Positions 44,772-54,077 of a stretch of 64,000 nt of DNA are shown piece after piece. Numbering within the stretch: position 1 is the first letter of the stretch; every line of letters begins with the position of its first letter. Under the pieces are notes generated by a model. The model did no database searches. It had not been told where the DNA came from and saw only the letters and a program-made list of their open reading frames with translations. The DNA is from Actinomycetales bacterium (GTDB taxonomy: Bacteria > Actinomycetota > Actinomycetes > Actinomycetales > JAHECE01), in the NCBI GenBank assembly GCA_029975645.1, contig JARKOU010000037.1, positions 7,397-71,396 of the forward strand. Direction: 5' to 3'. The position numbers were made by a program, and so were the translations under genes.

Positions 44772-47675
44772 TCAGCCGGCGGCGCCATGGGCGACGCCGG
44801 CCTGGGCCATGGCACGGTGGAGCTCGGCCTGTTCGTCAACCGGGGCCGGCGCGAGGTCGAAGACGACCGAGCGGACCGTCCCGGTGAAGGCGTACGGCGC
44901 CCGGTCCTCGTAGTCGAGGTCGACGACGCCGCCGTTGTCGCGGCCGATGTCCATCCCGGCGTAGGTGGTGAAGATCAGGGCGATCGTCCGCGGGATCTCG
45001 CCCTCGCCGATCTGCCGGTCGCCGGCCCACAAGGTCACCCGCCCGCCTGTGCCCGGGCGGGACTGGTCGGCGTCGAACCGCATCGTCAGGGTGACGTCAC
45101 CGGTCGGGATGGGTTCGCTCGACGTCTGGCGGTACGTCTCGACGCCGAGGTACTGGTACGTGTGGTTGAGCCGGCCGTCCTCGTCCACCCACAGCGCGAA
45201 CCCGCCGATGAAGTCGGCGAAGGCGACGAGGACACCCTCGGCACCGGCCTCGGGCACGTGGACATGCGCCTCGATGGCGTACGAGCGGCCGATGATCCTC
45301 GGGATCATCGTCGTCTGGATGTTCTGGACGTCGCCCGCGAAGGTGAACCGGGTCCGGGTCGGCATCGGCGGGACGATCCCGAAGAAGACGGCGAAGCCGC
45401 CGAGCATGGGCAGGACCCGGTTGCGCTCGGCCTCGGCCCAGAAGAGCTCGACGAGTTCGGCGAGCTTCTCCGGGTGCGTGGCAGCGAGGTCGTGCGCCTG
45501 GGAGAAGTCGTCGGGAAGGTAGTAGAGCTCCCACGGGTCGTCCGCCGGGTCCCAGCCGCTGCCGGGCCCGAACCGAGCGAGGGTCTGCGGGCTGAAGTCC
45601 CACGGCAACTTGTCGAGCTTGGCGCAGGCCCACCAGCCGTCCTTGTAGATGGCCCGGCTGCCGTACATCTCGAAGTACTGGACCGTGTGCTGCTCCGCCG
45701 CCTCCGGGGCGTCGAACGTGTAGGCGAAGCTCGTGCCGTCGATCGGTTCCTGCTCGATCCCGTCGACCACGTCGGGCTGGGGCAGCCCGACCGCCTCGAG
45801 GACCGTGGGCACGACGTCGATGCAGTGGGTGAACTGGGTCCGCAGGCTGCCGCCCGCGGCGATCCGGCGCGGCCAGGCGATGACCATCGGGTCGCGGGTG
45901 CCGCCCAGGTGGCTCGCCATCTGCTTGCCCCATCGGAACGGCGCGTTGTTCGCATGCGCCCACGCAGCGGCGAAGTGCGGCGCCGTGTGGAAGCCGCCGA
46001 GTTCCTCGATCCCGCCGTACTTCTCGATGAGCGCGAACTGCTCCTCGGCGTCGAGCACGAGGCCGTTGAAGAACGTCGTCTCGTTGAACGAGCCGGTCAG
46101 CGTGCCCTCCATCGATGCGCCGTTGTCGCCCCAGATGTAGAGGACGAGCGTGTCGTCGAGCTCGCCCATCTCCTCGATCGCGTCGAGCAGCCGGCCCACG
46201 TTCCAGTCAGCGTTCTCGGAGAAGCCGGCGAAGACCTCCATCTGGCGGGCGTAGAGGCGGCGCTCGGCGTCGGTGAGGCTGCCCCAGGCGGGGTACTCGT
46301 CGGGGCGGGGCGTGAGCTCGGTGTCCGGCGGGACGATCCCGAGCGCCTTCTGCCGTTCGAGCGTCCGCTCCCGGTAGACGTCCCAGCCCTCGTCGAACTG
46401 GCCCTTGTACCGGTCGGCCCACGCCTTTGCGACGTGGTGCGGGGCGTGCGTGGCCCCGGTCGAGTAGTAGACGAACCACGGCTTGTCGGCGTCCTGGGCG
46501 CGGACGGCGTGCAGCCACTCGACGGTCTTGTCCGTGATGTCGTCGGGGAAGTAGTACCGCCCGGCGTCGCCGCCCTCGGGCACCCCGAGGGTCGAGTTGT
46601 CCTGCGTGATGATCGGGTCGTACTGCCCGGCGGCGCCGGTGAGGAAGCCCCACCAGTGGTCGAACCCCCAACCCGTGGGCCAGTGGTCGAAGGACCCCGC
46701 CGCGCCCATCTCGTGCCCAGGCGTCATGTGCCACTTGCCGAACCCGCCGGTGACGTAGCCGTTCTCCTTGAGGATCCGCGGCAGCGCTGTGCACGTCCGG
46801 GGCCGGACGCCGGTGTACCCGGGGAAGGGCCCGGGGAGCTCGGCGATCCCGCCCATCCCGACCCGGTGGTGGTTGCGACCGGTCAGCAGCGCGGCGCGGG
46901 TCGGCGAGCACACGGCCGTGACGTGGAACCGGTTGTACGTGATGCCCTGCTGCTGGACCCGGGTGAGGTTCGGCGTGCGGATGCCGCCGCCGAAGGTGTC
47001 GGGCCCGCCGAACCCGGCGTCGTCGATGAGGATGACGAGGACGTTTGGCGCGCCGTCCGGCGCCTTGACCCCGGCGACGATGCTCCAGTCCCCGACCGAG
47101 GCGTCGATGGTGCGCCCGGCGACCCCGCCGAAGGGCCGGTCGGGGATCGGCAGCACCGTCCGGTCCGGGCTGAACTTCCCCATCGCCTCGCCGAGCGCGC
47201 GCTTGAGCTCGTCCAGGCCCGTCTCGTCGGACTCCACCACGGACTTCACCGGGGACCCCGGCAGGGCCTGCTCCACGGTGAGGCGCTGCTCGGCCGGGAA
47301 CACCCCGATGACGACGGCGGTGCCGGGCGTGAGGTGGGCGGCCACCTGCTCCTGGATGGCTCCCGTCACCTTGTGGCCGGCGAACCGCCCGACGATCCCG
47401 CCGGCCGCCGCTCCGACCGCCACGGAGGCGAGCAGCGGGGGTGCGAGCAGCCCGACGAGGACGCCGACGCCGCCGCCCCAGCCGGCACCCTTGCGGCCGA
47501 GGTGGTCCCCTGTGTCCGCGACGACGACGCGGCCGTCGTCGTCCTTGGCCACGAGGATCATCCCCCGGGTCGTGACATCCTTCGCGGTCACCTTCGCGAC
47601 CAGGCCGTCGAATTCGCGCTGGGCGACGTCCGGCGACTGGTACGCCGCGACGATCAGCATGAGAGTCTCGCTCAC
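44772..47675 (-). CDS. Arylsulfatase (Cys-type, formylglycine-dependent) with N-terminal DUF1269-like glycine-zipper membrane domain
   Basis: Inner part of ORF 44772..47927. The GTG at 47675 (SD GGAAGGAAG) overlaps the maturase stop (GTGA). CSPTRAALLTGR and GKWH. N-terminal part reads IVAAYQSPDVAQREF..VAKDDDGRVVV..GAGWGGGVGVLVGLL. Confidence 0.85.
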   Translation of the reverse strand: MSETLMLIVAAYQSPDVAQREFDGLVAKVTAKDVTTRGMILVAKDDDGRVVVADTGDHLGRKGAGWGGGVGVLVGLLAPPLLASVAVGAAAGGIVGRFAGHKVTGAIQEQVAAHLTPGTAVVIGVFPAEQRLTVEQALPGSPVKSVVESDETGLDELKRALGEAMGKFSPDRTVLPIPDRPFGGVAGRTIDASVGDWSIVAGVKAPDGAPNVLVILIDDAGFGGPDTFGGGIRTPNLTRVQQQGITYNRFHVTAVCSPTRAALLTGRNHHRVGMGGIAELPGPFPGYTGVRPRTCTALPRILKENGYVTGGFGKWHMTPGHEMGAAGSFDHWPTGWGFDHWWGFLTGAAGQYDPIITQDNSTLGVPEGGDAGRYYFPDDITDKTVEWLHAVRAQDADKPWFVYYSTGATHAPHHVAKAWADRYKGQFDEGWDVYRERTLERQKALGIVPPDTELTPRPDEYPAWGSLTDAERRLYARQMEVFAGFSENADWNVGRLLDAIEEMGELDDTLVLYIWGDNGASMEGTLTGSFNETTFFNGLVLDAEEQFALIEKYGGIEELGGFHTAPHFAAAWAHANNAPFRWGKQMASHLGGTRDPMVIAWPRRIAAGGSLRTQFTHCIDVVPTVLEAVGLPQPDVVDGIEQEPIDGTSFAYTFDAPEAAEQHTVQYFEMYGSRAIYKDGWWACAKLDKLPWDFSPQTLARFGPGSGWDPADDPWELYYLPDDFSQAHDLAATHPEKLAELVELFWAEAERNRVLPMLGGFAVFFGIVPPMPTRTRFTFAGDVQNIQTTMIPRIIGRSYAIEAHVHVPEAGAEGVLVAFADFIGGFALWVDEDGRLNHTYQYLGVETYRQTSSEPIPTGDVTLTMRFDADQSRPGTGGRVTLWAGDRQIGEGEIPRTIALIFTTYAGMDIGRDNGGVVDLDYEDRAPYAFTGTVRSVVFDLAPAPVDEQAELHRAMAQAGVAHGAAG

Positions 47676-49009
47676 GGGGTTCTTCCTTCCTGCCCCACCC
47701 CGAGAGGGACGGGGCTCATGGACGCCGGCCCATTGGCCGGCGTCCCGTGACAGTCGATCCACGCGCGGCCGCCTCCGCACGTGCAGGGGTCGTGGGGCCG
47801 ACGCCGCGCGTCGGCGCGGGCATACCAGGAGCGCACCGCTGCGGCGTCCTCGCCGCGACGGACGAGATCGGCCATGAGCCGCATCGGCCGGTCGATATGC
47901 GTGAAGAACCCCAGGTAGCCGGCACACAGGTAGTTCAGGTGCGCCTCACCGTCGGCGGTGTGCGCGAACCGGTCCTTGGGGCACCCGCCGTTGCACGCGA
48001 ACCGGACTCGGCACGTGCGGCACTGCCGGGGCAGCAGGCGCTCCTTGTCGAGGCCGAAGGCCACCTGCTGCGGCGACGTGACGAGGTCGAGCATCGTGCG
48101 ACCGTCCCGGATGTTCCCGAGCCGGTGCTCGGGGTCCACGAAGTGGTCGCAGGAGTAGAGGTCACCGTTGTGCTCCAGCGCGAGGGCCGTGCCGCAGGTG
48201 CGCGCCTGGACGCAAGAGCCCACCTGATCCATCCCGAGCCAGTGGGCCAGCGAGGTGTCGAACATCGTCACGAACACGTCTCCGACGTCGTTCCGGACCC
48301 ACTCCTCGAAGACGTCGATCAGGAATCGGCCGTACTGCTCGGGGCCCACCGTCCGGTGGCTGACGCCGGCACCGTCGCGCTCCACGATCGGGATGAGCTG
48401 GATGAACCGTGCGCCGAGATCGTCCCGGAGGAACGTGTACACCTCACGTCCGTGATCGCCGTTGGCGGAGTTCACCGTGGTCAGGGCGTTCCACTCGACG
48501 CCGCATCGGACGAGGACGTCGAGGCCGCGCAGCACACGGTCGAACGTGGGCTTGCCTCCCTTGTCCACGCGAAACGCGTCGTGCATCGCCCGCGGGCCGT
48601 CGATGGACAGGCCCACCAGGAAGCCCTCCGCCGCGAGGAAATCCCCCCACTCGTCGTCGAGCAGGGTGCCGTTCGTCTGCATCGTGAACAGGAGTCGCTG
48701 GGAGGGCCGGACGGCCGCCCGCGCCAGGTCGACGGCGAGGCGGAAGAAGTCGAGGCTCATCATCGTGGGCTCGCCGCCCTGGAAGGCGAGAACCACCTCC
48801 TCGCCGTCGGCGTGGCCGGCGACGAGTTGCTCGACATAGGCCTCGAGCACCGGCCGGCTCATCCGGAAGGTACTGCCCGGGTAGAGCTCCTCCTTGACGA
48901 GGAAGAAGCAGTACTCGCAGTCGAGGTTGCAGATCGCGCCGCGTGGCTTGGACATGACGTGGAATGCCGACGGCGCGGCGACCTGCGCAGTCCCGTTCAC
49001 CGGCGCCAT
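47672..49009 (-). CDS. Anaerobic sulfatase-maturating enzyme (radical SAM/SPASM) with C-terminal SEC-C-type Zn motif
   Basis: Inner part of ORF 47672..49210. FHVMSKPRGAICNLDCEYC (CxxxCxxC), GGEPTM, SPASM cysteines CRTCRVRFACNGGC, and a C-terminal CTCGGGRAWIDCHG. Start ATG 49009 is moderately certain. Confidence 0.85.
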   Translation of the reverse strand: MAPVNGTAQVAAPSAFHVMSKPRGAICNLDCEYCFFLVKEELYPGSTFRMSRPVLEAYVEQLVAGHADGEEVVLAFQGGEPTMMSLDFFRLAVDLARAAVRPSQRLLFTMQTNGTLLDDEWGDFLAAEGFLVGLSIDGPRAMHDAFRVDKGGKPTFDRVLRGLDVLVRCGVEWNALTTVNSANGDHGREVYTFLRDDLGARFIQLIPIVERDGAGVSHRTVGPEQYGRFLIDVFEEWVRNDVGDVFVTMFDTSLAHWLGMDQVGSCVQARTCGTALALEHNGDLYSCDHFVDPEHRLGNIRDGRTMLDLVTSPQQVAFGLDKERLLPRQCRTCRVRFACNGGCPKDRFAHTADGEAHLNYLCAGYLGFFTHIDRPMRLMADLVRRGEDAAAVRSWYARADARRRPHDPCTCGGGRAWIDCHGTPANGPASMSPVPLGVGQEGRTP

Positions 49010-49145
49010 CCTCCCGCTGCTCGTGTCGGCCGCTCCGGATCCGAGGAGGCGACCCCCGACGCACACGTGCACGCTACGTCGCCCCGATCGGGTCCACCCG
49101 CAGATCGGGCGCATTCTCTCCGTGGGCGCGCCACCACCGCCCGGA

Positions 49146-49176
49146 CGCCTCGCACCGCTCTCGTCGGTGCGAGGCG
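49146..49176. promoter_or_regulatory. Perfect 12-bp-stem inverted repeat CGCCTCGCACCG-ctctcgt-CGGTGCGAGGCG in a divergent intergenic region
   Basis: Read directly. It lies 137 nt upstream of the maturase ATG and 69 nt upstream of the GTG at 49245. Confidence 0.4.
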
Positions 49177-49244
49177 CCGCGCGGGGCGCGACCGACCGAG
49201 TCCACGACAATGGGTTGGCTCACCCGAACGTCCCGGGAGGTCCA

Positions 49245-49874
49245 GTGCCCAGTTCAGCGCGTCCGCCGGACCACCCGCGCGAGCGCCTGCGCGAGACCAT
49301 CGCCCTGGTGGTCCTGTCCGTCGCCGCCGTGCTCACGGCCTGGTCCGGGTTCCAGTCGTCGCAGTGGGGCGGCGAAATGTCCATCGCGTTCAGCGAGGCG
49401 TCCTCGGCGAGGTTCGAGGAGGCGCGCTACGAGGGCGAGGCGAACGCAGCCCGCCAAGCGGATCTCACGATCTACGGGGTCTACGTGCAGGCCCGGGCCA
49501 CGGGCGACGACGCGCTCGCCTCCTACGTGGCGGAGCGGTTCACCCCGCACTTCCGCGTGGCCTACGACGCGTGGGTGGCCGCCGGCGAGCAGACGAATGG
49601 CCCCTTCGGGATGCCGGAGTACGTGCCGCCGGGCACCACCGAGGCCGCTACGGCCTCGGACCGGGCCGAAGCAGCCTTCACCGAGGCGCTGGCGGACAAC
49701 GTCCGTGGCGACCGCTACACGATGCTCACCGTCCTCTTCGCGATCGCGATGTTCTTCGTCGCGGTCGCCGAGCGGCTGGGCGGCCTGGGGGCCAGGTGGT
49801 TCATGACCGCGACCGGCGGCCTCATCCTGGCGAGCGGCGCCGCCGTCCTCGCGACGTTCCCGGCCGACTTCTGA
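49245..49874 (+). CDS. Hypothetical membrane protein (TM - helical region - TM; DUF4337-like architecture)
   Basis: Inner part of ORF 48894..49874. GTG at 49245 with SD GGGAGG. TIALVVLSVAAVLTAWSGFQSSQW and a C-terminal TM pair. Confidence 0.6.
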   Translation: MPSSARPPDHPRERLRETIALVVLSVAAVLTAWSGFQSSQWGGEMSIAFSEASSARFEEARYEGEANAARQADLTIYGVYVQARATGDDALASYVAERFTPHFRVAYDAWVAAGEQTNGPFGMPEYVPPGTTEAATASDRAEAAFTEALADNVRGDRYTMLTVLFAIAMFFVAVAERLGGLGARWFMTATGGLILASGAAVLATFPADF

Positions 49875-49929
49875 GCTCGCCCGGGTTCCGAGTTCTCGAC
49901 CCCGGACCTTCGCACCGGCGGGAACGCCG

Positions 49930-51561
49930 CTACGGCACACGGACCTGGACGGCGTGCTCGAGCCGTGGAACCACGAGGACCACGTCTGCCAGGCCCGTCC
50001 GGACCACGGTGTCCGCGGCGGCCGGCGCCAACTCCGTCAGGACGAGCCGACCGCCGTCCTTCGCGAGGTCCGACGCGAGACGGCGCAGGACCCCGATCCC
50101 GGTGAAGTCGATGTCCGCCATCGCCGCGGCATCGACCACCACCCGTCGCACCGGCGTCGTCGCCTCGGCGCGCAACTGCGCGATCCGATCCTCGAAGTGC
50201 ACGGCGTTCTCGAAGAACAGCGGCGCGCCGAAACGGTAGACGAGGAGCCCGTCGAGGCCCTCATCGGAGACGCGAACACGATCCCGCAGGCGGGGCGCGA
50301 CCACGCCGTCGTGGACCAGCACCTCGTCCCAGGGCCGGTACTGCCGGCGTAGGCGGTCCGCGAGCGAGACGATCACGGCGAGGAGCACCCCCTGCTCCAC
50401 TCCGACGAACGCCACGACCACGAGCGCGAGCACCGCCGTGTAGGACTCCGCCCGGCGAGCGGCGCGCACGGCGCGCAACTCGGCCACCTTGACCAGGCCC
50501 ACCCCGATGGCGAGGACCACGCCGTCGAGCACGGGGGACGGCACGTAGGCGAACAGCCCGGAGCCGAAGACCAGCAGAAGCGCGATGACCAGCGCCATCG
50601 CGATGTTCACCGCCTGGGAGCGGCTGCCTGCGCCGTCGCCCGCGGCCGTCCGGGGCGGACTGCCGTTGATCGCGAAGCCGCCCGTCAGGGCGCTCGCCGC
50701 GTTCGCGCCCGCGAGACCGACCAGGTCCGCGCCCTCGTCCACGCGGTAGCCGTTCTTCGTGGCGAACGAGCGCGCGACGGCGGCGCTCTGCGCGAGGACC
50801 ACGATCGCGATGGACGCGGCCGCGCCGGCGAGCCTGGGGATCTCGCCGGGCACGAGGGTGGGCACCGCCACGCTCGGCAGCCCACGCGGGAGGGCGCCGA
50901 TCATCGCCACCCCGCGGCCCGCGGCCCCGATCACCACGCCCACCACGGAGAAGAGGACCACGGCGGCAAGCGCCACGGGCACTCGCGGCAGCACGCGCTC
51001 GCCGAGGAGGACCACTGCGACCACGCCGAGACCGAGCGCTGCAGACGCCGGCTTGACGTCCCCGAGGCTCGTGACGGTGGTGACCGCCGTGTCCCAGGTG
51101 GTCCCGGTGGCCTCGATCCCGAGCACCCCGGGCGCCTTACCGAGGATCAGGGACACCCCGACGCCGCTCAGGAAGCCGGCGAGGACCGGCTGGGAGATCA
51201 GGTTGGCGAGGAAGCCGAGCCGTGCGACGGCCATGACCGCGAGCAACGCCGCTACCAGGAGTCCCAGCACGCCGACGGCGCCGCCGTAGGGTGCGGTGCC
51301 GACGGCGGCCACGGCGCCCGCACCCGCCGCGACCAGAGCCGCCGTGGCCGAGTCGGCGCCGACCACGAGTTGTCGCGAGAACGCGACCAGCGCGAACACG
51401 ATCGGCGGAAGGAGGGCGCAGTACAGACCGGCCTCGACCGGCAGGCCGGCGATGCTCGCGTAGCCGAGCGACTCGGGAATCGCGATCGCGGCCACGGTGA
51501 GACCGGCGAGCACGTCCGAACGAAGGGTGCGGACCCGAAACGTGCGCAGCAGCGTGAACAC
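49930..51561 (-). CDS. SulP-family anion (sulfate) transporter with C-terminal STAS domain
   Basis: DVLAGLTVAAIAIPESLGYASIAGLP, many TMs, and a C-terminal STAS-like region (VVDAAAMADIDFTG). GTG at 51561. Confidence 0.9.
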   Translation of the reverse strand: MFTLLRTFRVRTLRSDVLAGLTVAAIAIPESLGYASIAGLPVEAGLYCALLPPIVFALVAFSRQLVVGADSATAALVAAGAGAVAAVGTAPYGGAVGVLGLLVAALLAVMAVARLGFLANLISQPVLAGFLSGVGVSLILGKAPGVLGIEATGTTWDTAVTTVTSLGDVKPASAALGLGVVAVVLLGERVLPRVPVALAAVVLFSVVGVVIGAAGRGVAMIGALPRGLPSVAVPTLVPGEIPRLAGAAASIAIVVLAQSAAVARSFATKNGYRVDEGADLVGLAGANAASALTGGFAINGSPPRTAAGDGAGSRSQAVNIAMALVIALLLVFGSGLFAYVPSPVLDGVVLAIGVGLVKVAELRAVRAARRAESYTAVLALVVVAFVGVEQGVLLAVIVSLADRLRRQYRPWDEVLVHDGVVAPRLRDRVRVSDEGLDGLLVYRFGAPLFFENAVHFEDRIAQLRAEATTPVRRVVVDAAAMADIDFTGIGVLRRLASDLAKDGGRLVLTELAPAAADTVVRTGLADVVLVVPRLEHAVQVRVP

Positions 51562-51575
51562 GGGGACCCGCCGCG

Positions 51576-52598
51576 CTACCCCTGGCCGACCACGCCCGCG
51601 TCGATGCGCTCACCGACTCCGGCGTCGACCACCACGGTGATCCCGTCCGGCACCTGGCCCTCCAGCGCAGCGGTGAGGTCGTCCACGTTCGGCAGGTCGC
51701 CCGGCACCTCCACCTCGATCACGGCGGTGGTGGACTGCACCGTGACGTCGATCAGCCGACCGCCGGGCACCTGGGCCACCCACTCCTCCGCCGTCGTATT
51801 AATGCGTTGCGTCCACAGCGCCACCAGCGCGTTCGCAACGGTGTTGCCGATCAACGGGATGAGCACCAGCACCACGCCGACGGCGATCGCCGAGTAGGCG
51901 TGCCGGCGTCGGAATCCCTCGGCGCGGGCCTCGGCGGTGTAGCCGTACGCGGTGAAGACGAGTGTGCCCGCCAGGACGAGCGCCACGAAGTTCGAGAGGA
52001 AGAGCACGAGCGCGCCCAGCGCCAGACCGATCTGCCCCTGACCCAGGCACACGCCGACGACGCCGAGCGGCGGCACCAGGGAGATGGCGATGGCCACGCC
52101 GGGGAGCACGTCGCTCACGTCCTTGCGGGAGAGTCCGACGGCACCCGCGAAGCCCGTGGCCACGGCCGCGATCATGTCGAGCAGGCCGGGCGACGTCCGC
52201 GACATCACCTGGCTGTTCGTCAGGATGTTCGTGGTGCTCGGCAGCAGGAGCGAGGCGACGAAGCCGATCGCGATCACCACCACCATCCCGCCCGCGACAT
52301 ACGCGGCCGAGCGTCGGATGAGGTGCCCCTCACCGCGGATGATGCCGAGGGCCACGCCCATGATCGGCACCGAGAGCGGCGCGATGATCATGGCCCCGAT
52401 CACCGTGGCGGTGGAATCGGAGAGCACGCCCGCGACGGCGATCACGGCCGAGAGCACGAGCATGGTCCAGAAGGCGGAGACCTTCGAAGCGCGGTCACCG
52501 CCGCTGAGGTCGAGTTGATCGGTGAGGACGTCGAGGTCACGGCGCTGGTGGGCGGGAAGGATCCGCTCGCGGAGTGCGGTCATGGCGGAATCGTGCAC
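51576..52598 (-). CDS. DUF389 (TIGR00341) family membrane protein
   Basis: VIGAMIIAPLSVPIMGVALG and VAIAISLVPPLGVVGVCLG, plus a C-terminal soluble domain. Alternative start ATG 52583. Confidence 0.75.
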   Translation of the reverse strand: MHDSAMTALRERILPAHQRRDLDVLTDQLDLSGGDRASKVSAFWTMLVLSAVIAVAGVLSDSTATVIGAMIIAPLSVPIMGVALGIIRGEGHLIRRSAAYVAGGMVVVIAIGFVASLLLPSTTNILTNSQVMSRTSPGLLDMIAAVATGFAGAVGLSRKDVSDVLPGVAIAISLVPPLGVVGVCLGQGQIGLALGALVLFLSNFVALVLAGTLVFTAYGYTAEARAEGFRRRHAYSAIAVGVVLVLIPLIGNTVANALVALWTQRINTTAEEWVAQVPGGRLIDVTVQSTTAVIEVEVPGDLPNVDDLTAALEGQVPDGITVVVDAGVGERIDAGVVGQG

Positions 52599-52657
52599 CC
52601 CACCACCGACACCGGCGCGACGGCGCCCCGATGGTGGGGATCACCTGGCGCGTCGGC

Positions 52658-53989
52658 TCATACGCTCCACTGCTCGGCGTCGGCCCGGAACGCCTCGATC
52701 TTGCGCAGGAGCGCCTCCTCCGCAAAGCGGACCTGCGCGACGTCGGCCTTCTGCCGCGTCTCACGTTCGGCGTCGGCGACGATGAGGCGAGCCTGCTCCG
52801 CGATGTCGTGGAGCCGGGTCCAGTCCTTGCGGGCCACGGTGGCGCACGTGTCCAGGAGTCGGATGAGCGCCGTCGAGACGGTGGGCTCCGCCGAGCCGTA
52901 CCGGCGGACCAGGCCGCACATCGTACCCAGGTACTCCCCGAACCGGCGGCTGGGGACGACGACGACGGACCCGCCGTCGCGCCCCACCCGCGGTCCGAGG
53001 GGGTGGCGGGCCATCGCCGCGAAGATCACGGCCATGTGGTCGACCGCCTGCACGGCGGTGTAGGGGTCGTTCACCGCGGGGGACAGGGCCTTGTCCGCGA
53101 CGTCGACCAACTGGCGGATGCCCATCGCGACGTCCTGCTGACGGGTGCGTTCGAAGACGATCCCGACGGCCTTGTCGAGCGCGACTTCGAAGACGTGGAT
53201 GTCCGGGAGGGGCTCCTCGGGACCGGGCGCCCAGATCAGGGCCACTGTGGATCCCGTGACCACGTGCTCCCCCACCCGCTTGGTCAGGGCGATGCTCACC
53301 CCGGAGCGCGTCGCGAGCGGGAGCAGGTACTCCGGGTGGGCGGTCACCACGTAGCCCGAGCTCTTCGCCGCGACGGGAACCGCCCAGGGCGGAGGTTGCG
53401 GCGGAACCATCTCGATGTCGTGCGGGAGGGCGGCCACCACCTCGAGCGCTTCGCGCTCGACGCGCCGCATGATCGAGTCCACCTGGATGGAGTGCGAGAG
53501 GTGGTCGGCGAAGAATACGACCGCCCCGATGCTGGCGAAGAGAAGCACGATCGCGCCGGTCACGGCCAGGCGCGGGAAGTCCTCGGGGTGCGGGCCCACG
53601 CCCACCGTGAAGAGTCCTGCGGCGCTGTAGGCGAACGTTGCCATGAAGACGGACAGGACCACCTGGTTGGGGCGGTCGCGCAGGAAGTTGCGCAGCAGGC
53701 GCGGGGAGAACTGCGTCGAGGACAGCTGCAGGGCCACCACGCTCAGGCCCAGCACCAGGGCGATGACCGTGACCACCGTTCCGGTGATGGTGAGGAGGAG
53801 GGTGCGGGCGTCCGCCGAGGTGCCGTCGAACTGGAGGTCGTAGAGCAGCGTCCCGGGCGAAGGCTGGACCTGCGCGATCAACCACCCCGCGAGCAGCGCG
53901 ACGTTGCCCGCCACGAGCGGCAGGATCCACAGCGCAGCACCCGCCCACTCGCGCAGCGCCTCACGCCTCATCACGCGGCCAGCGTGCAC
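52658..53989 (-). CDS. DUF2254-family membrane protein (paralog 2)
   Basis: LQLSSTQFSPRLLRNFLRDR and the same architecture as 35018..36310. Alternative start ATG 53971. Confidence 0.75.
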   Translation of the reverse strand: MHAGRVMRREALREWAGAALWILPLVAGNVALLAGWLIAQVQPSPGTLLYDLQFDGTSADARTLLLTITGTVVTVIALVLGLSVVALQLSSTQFSPRLLRNFLRDRPNQVVLSVFMATFAYSAAGLFTVGVGPHPEDFPRLAVTGAIVLLFASIGAVVFFADHLSHSIQVDSIMRRVEREALEVVAALPHDIEMVPPQPPPWAVPVAAKSSGYVVTAHPEYLLPLATRSGVSIALTKRVGEHVVTGSTVALIWAPGPEEPLPDIHVFEVALDKAVGIVFERTRQQDVAMGIRQLVDVADKALSPAVNDPYTAVQAVDHMAVIFAAMARHPLGPRVGRDGGSVVVVPSRRFGEYLGTMCGLVRRYGSAEPTVSTALIRLLDTCATVARKDWTRLHDIAEQARLIVADAERETRQKADVAQVRFAEEALLRKIEAFRADAEQWSV

Positions 53990-54077
53990 CGAGACGGCGG
54001 TCCTCGTTCAGTGAATAGGGCCACGACCTGCCAGGCCGGCCGCGCCGACCCGGCAGGTCACCTTCGCGGGGGCTGGG

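Noticed and set aside
43743-47750. 1335-aa + strand ORF
   Set aside because: It is antisense to gadB and the arylsulfatase, both identified by strong motifs (the PLP-lysine region and CSPTR). It has a low-complexity R/G/D/V composition.
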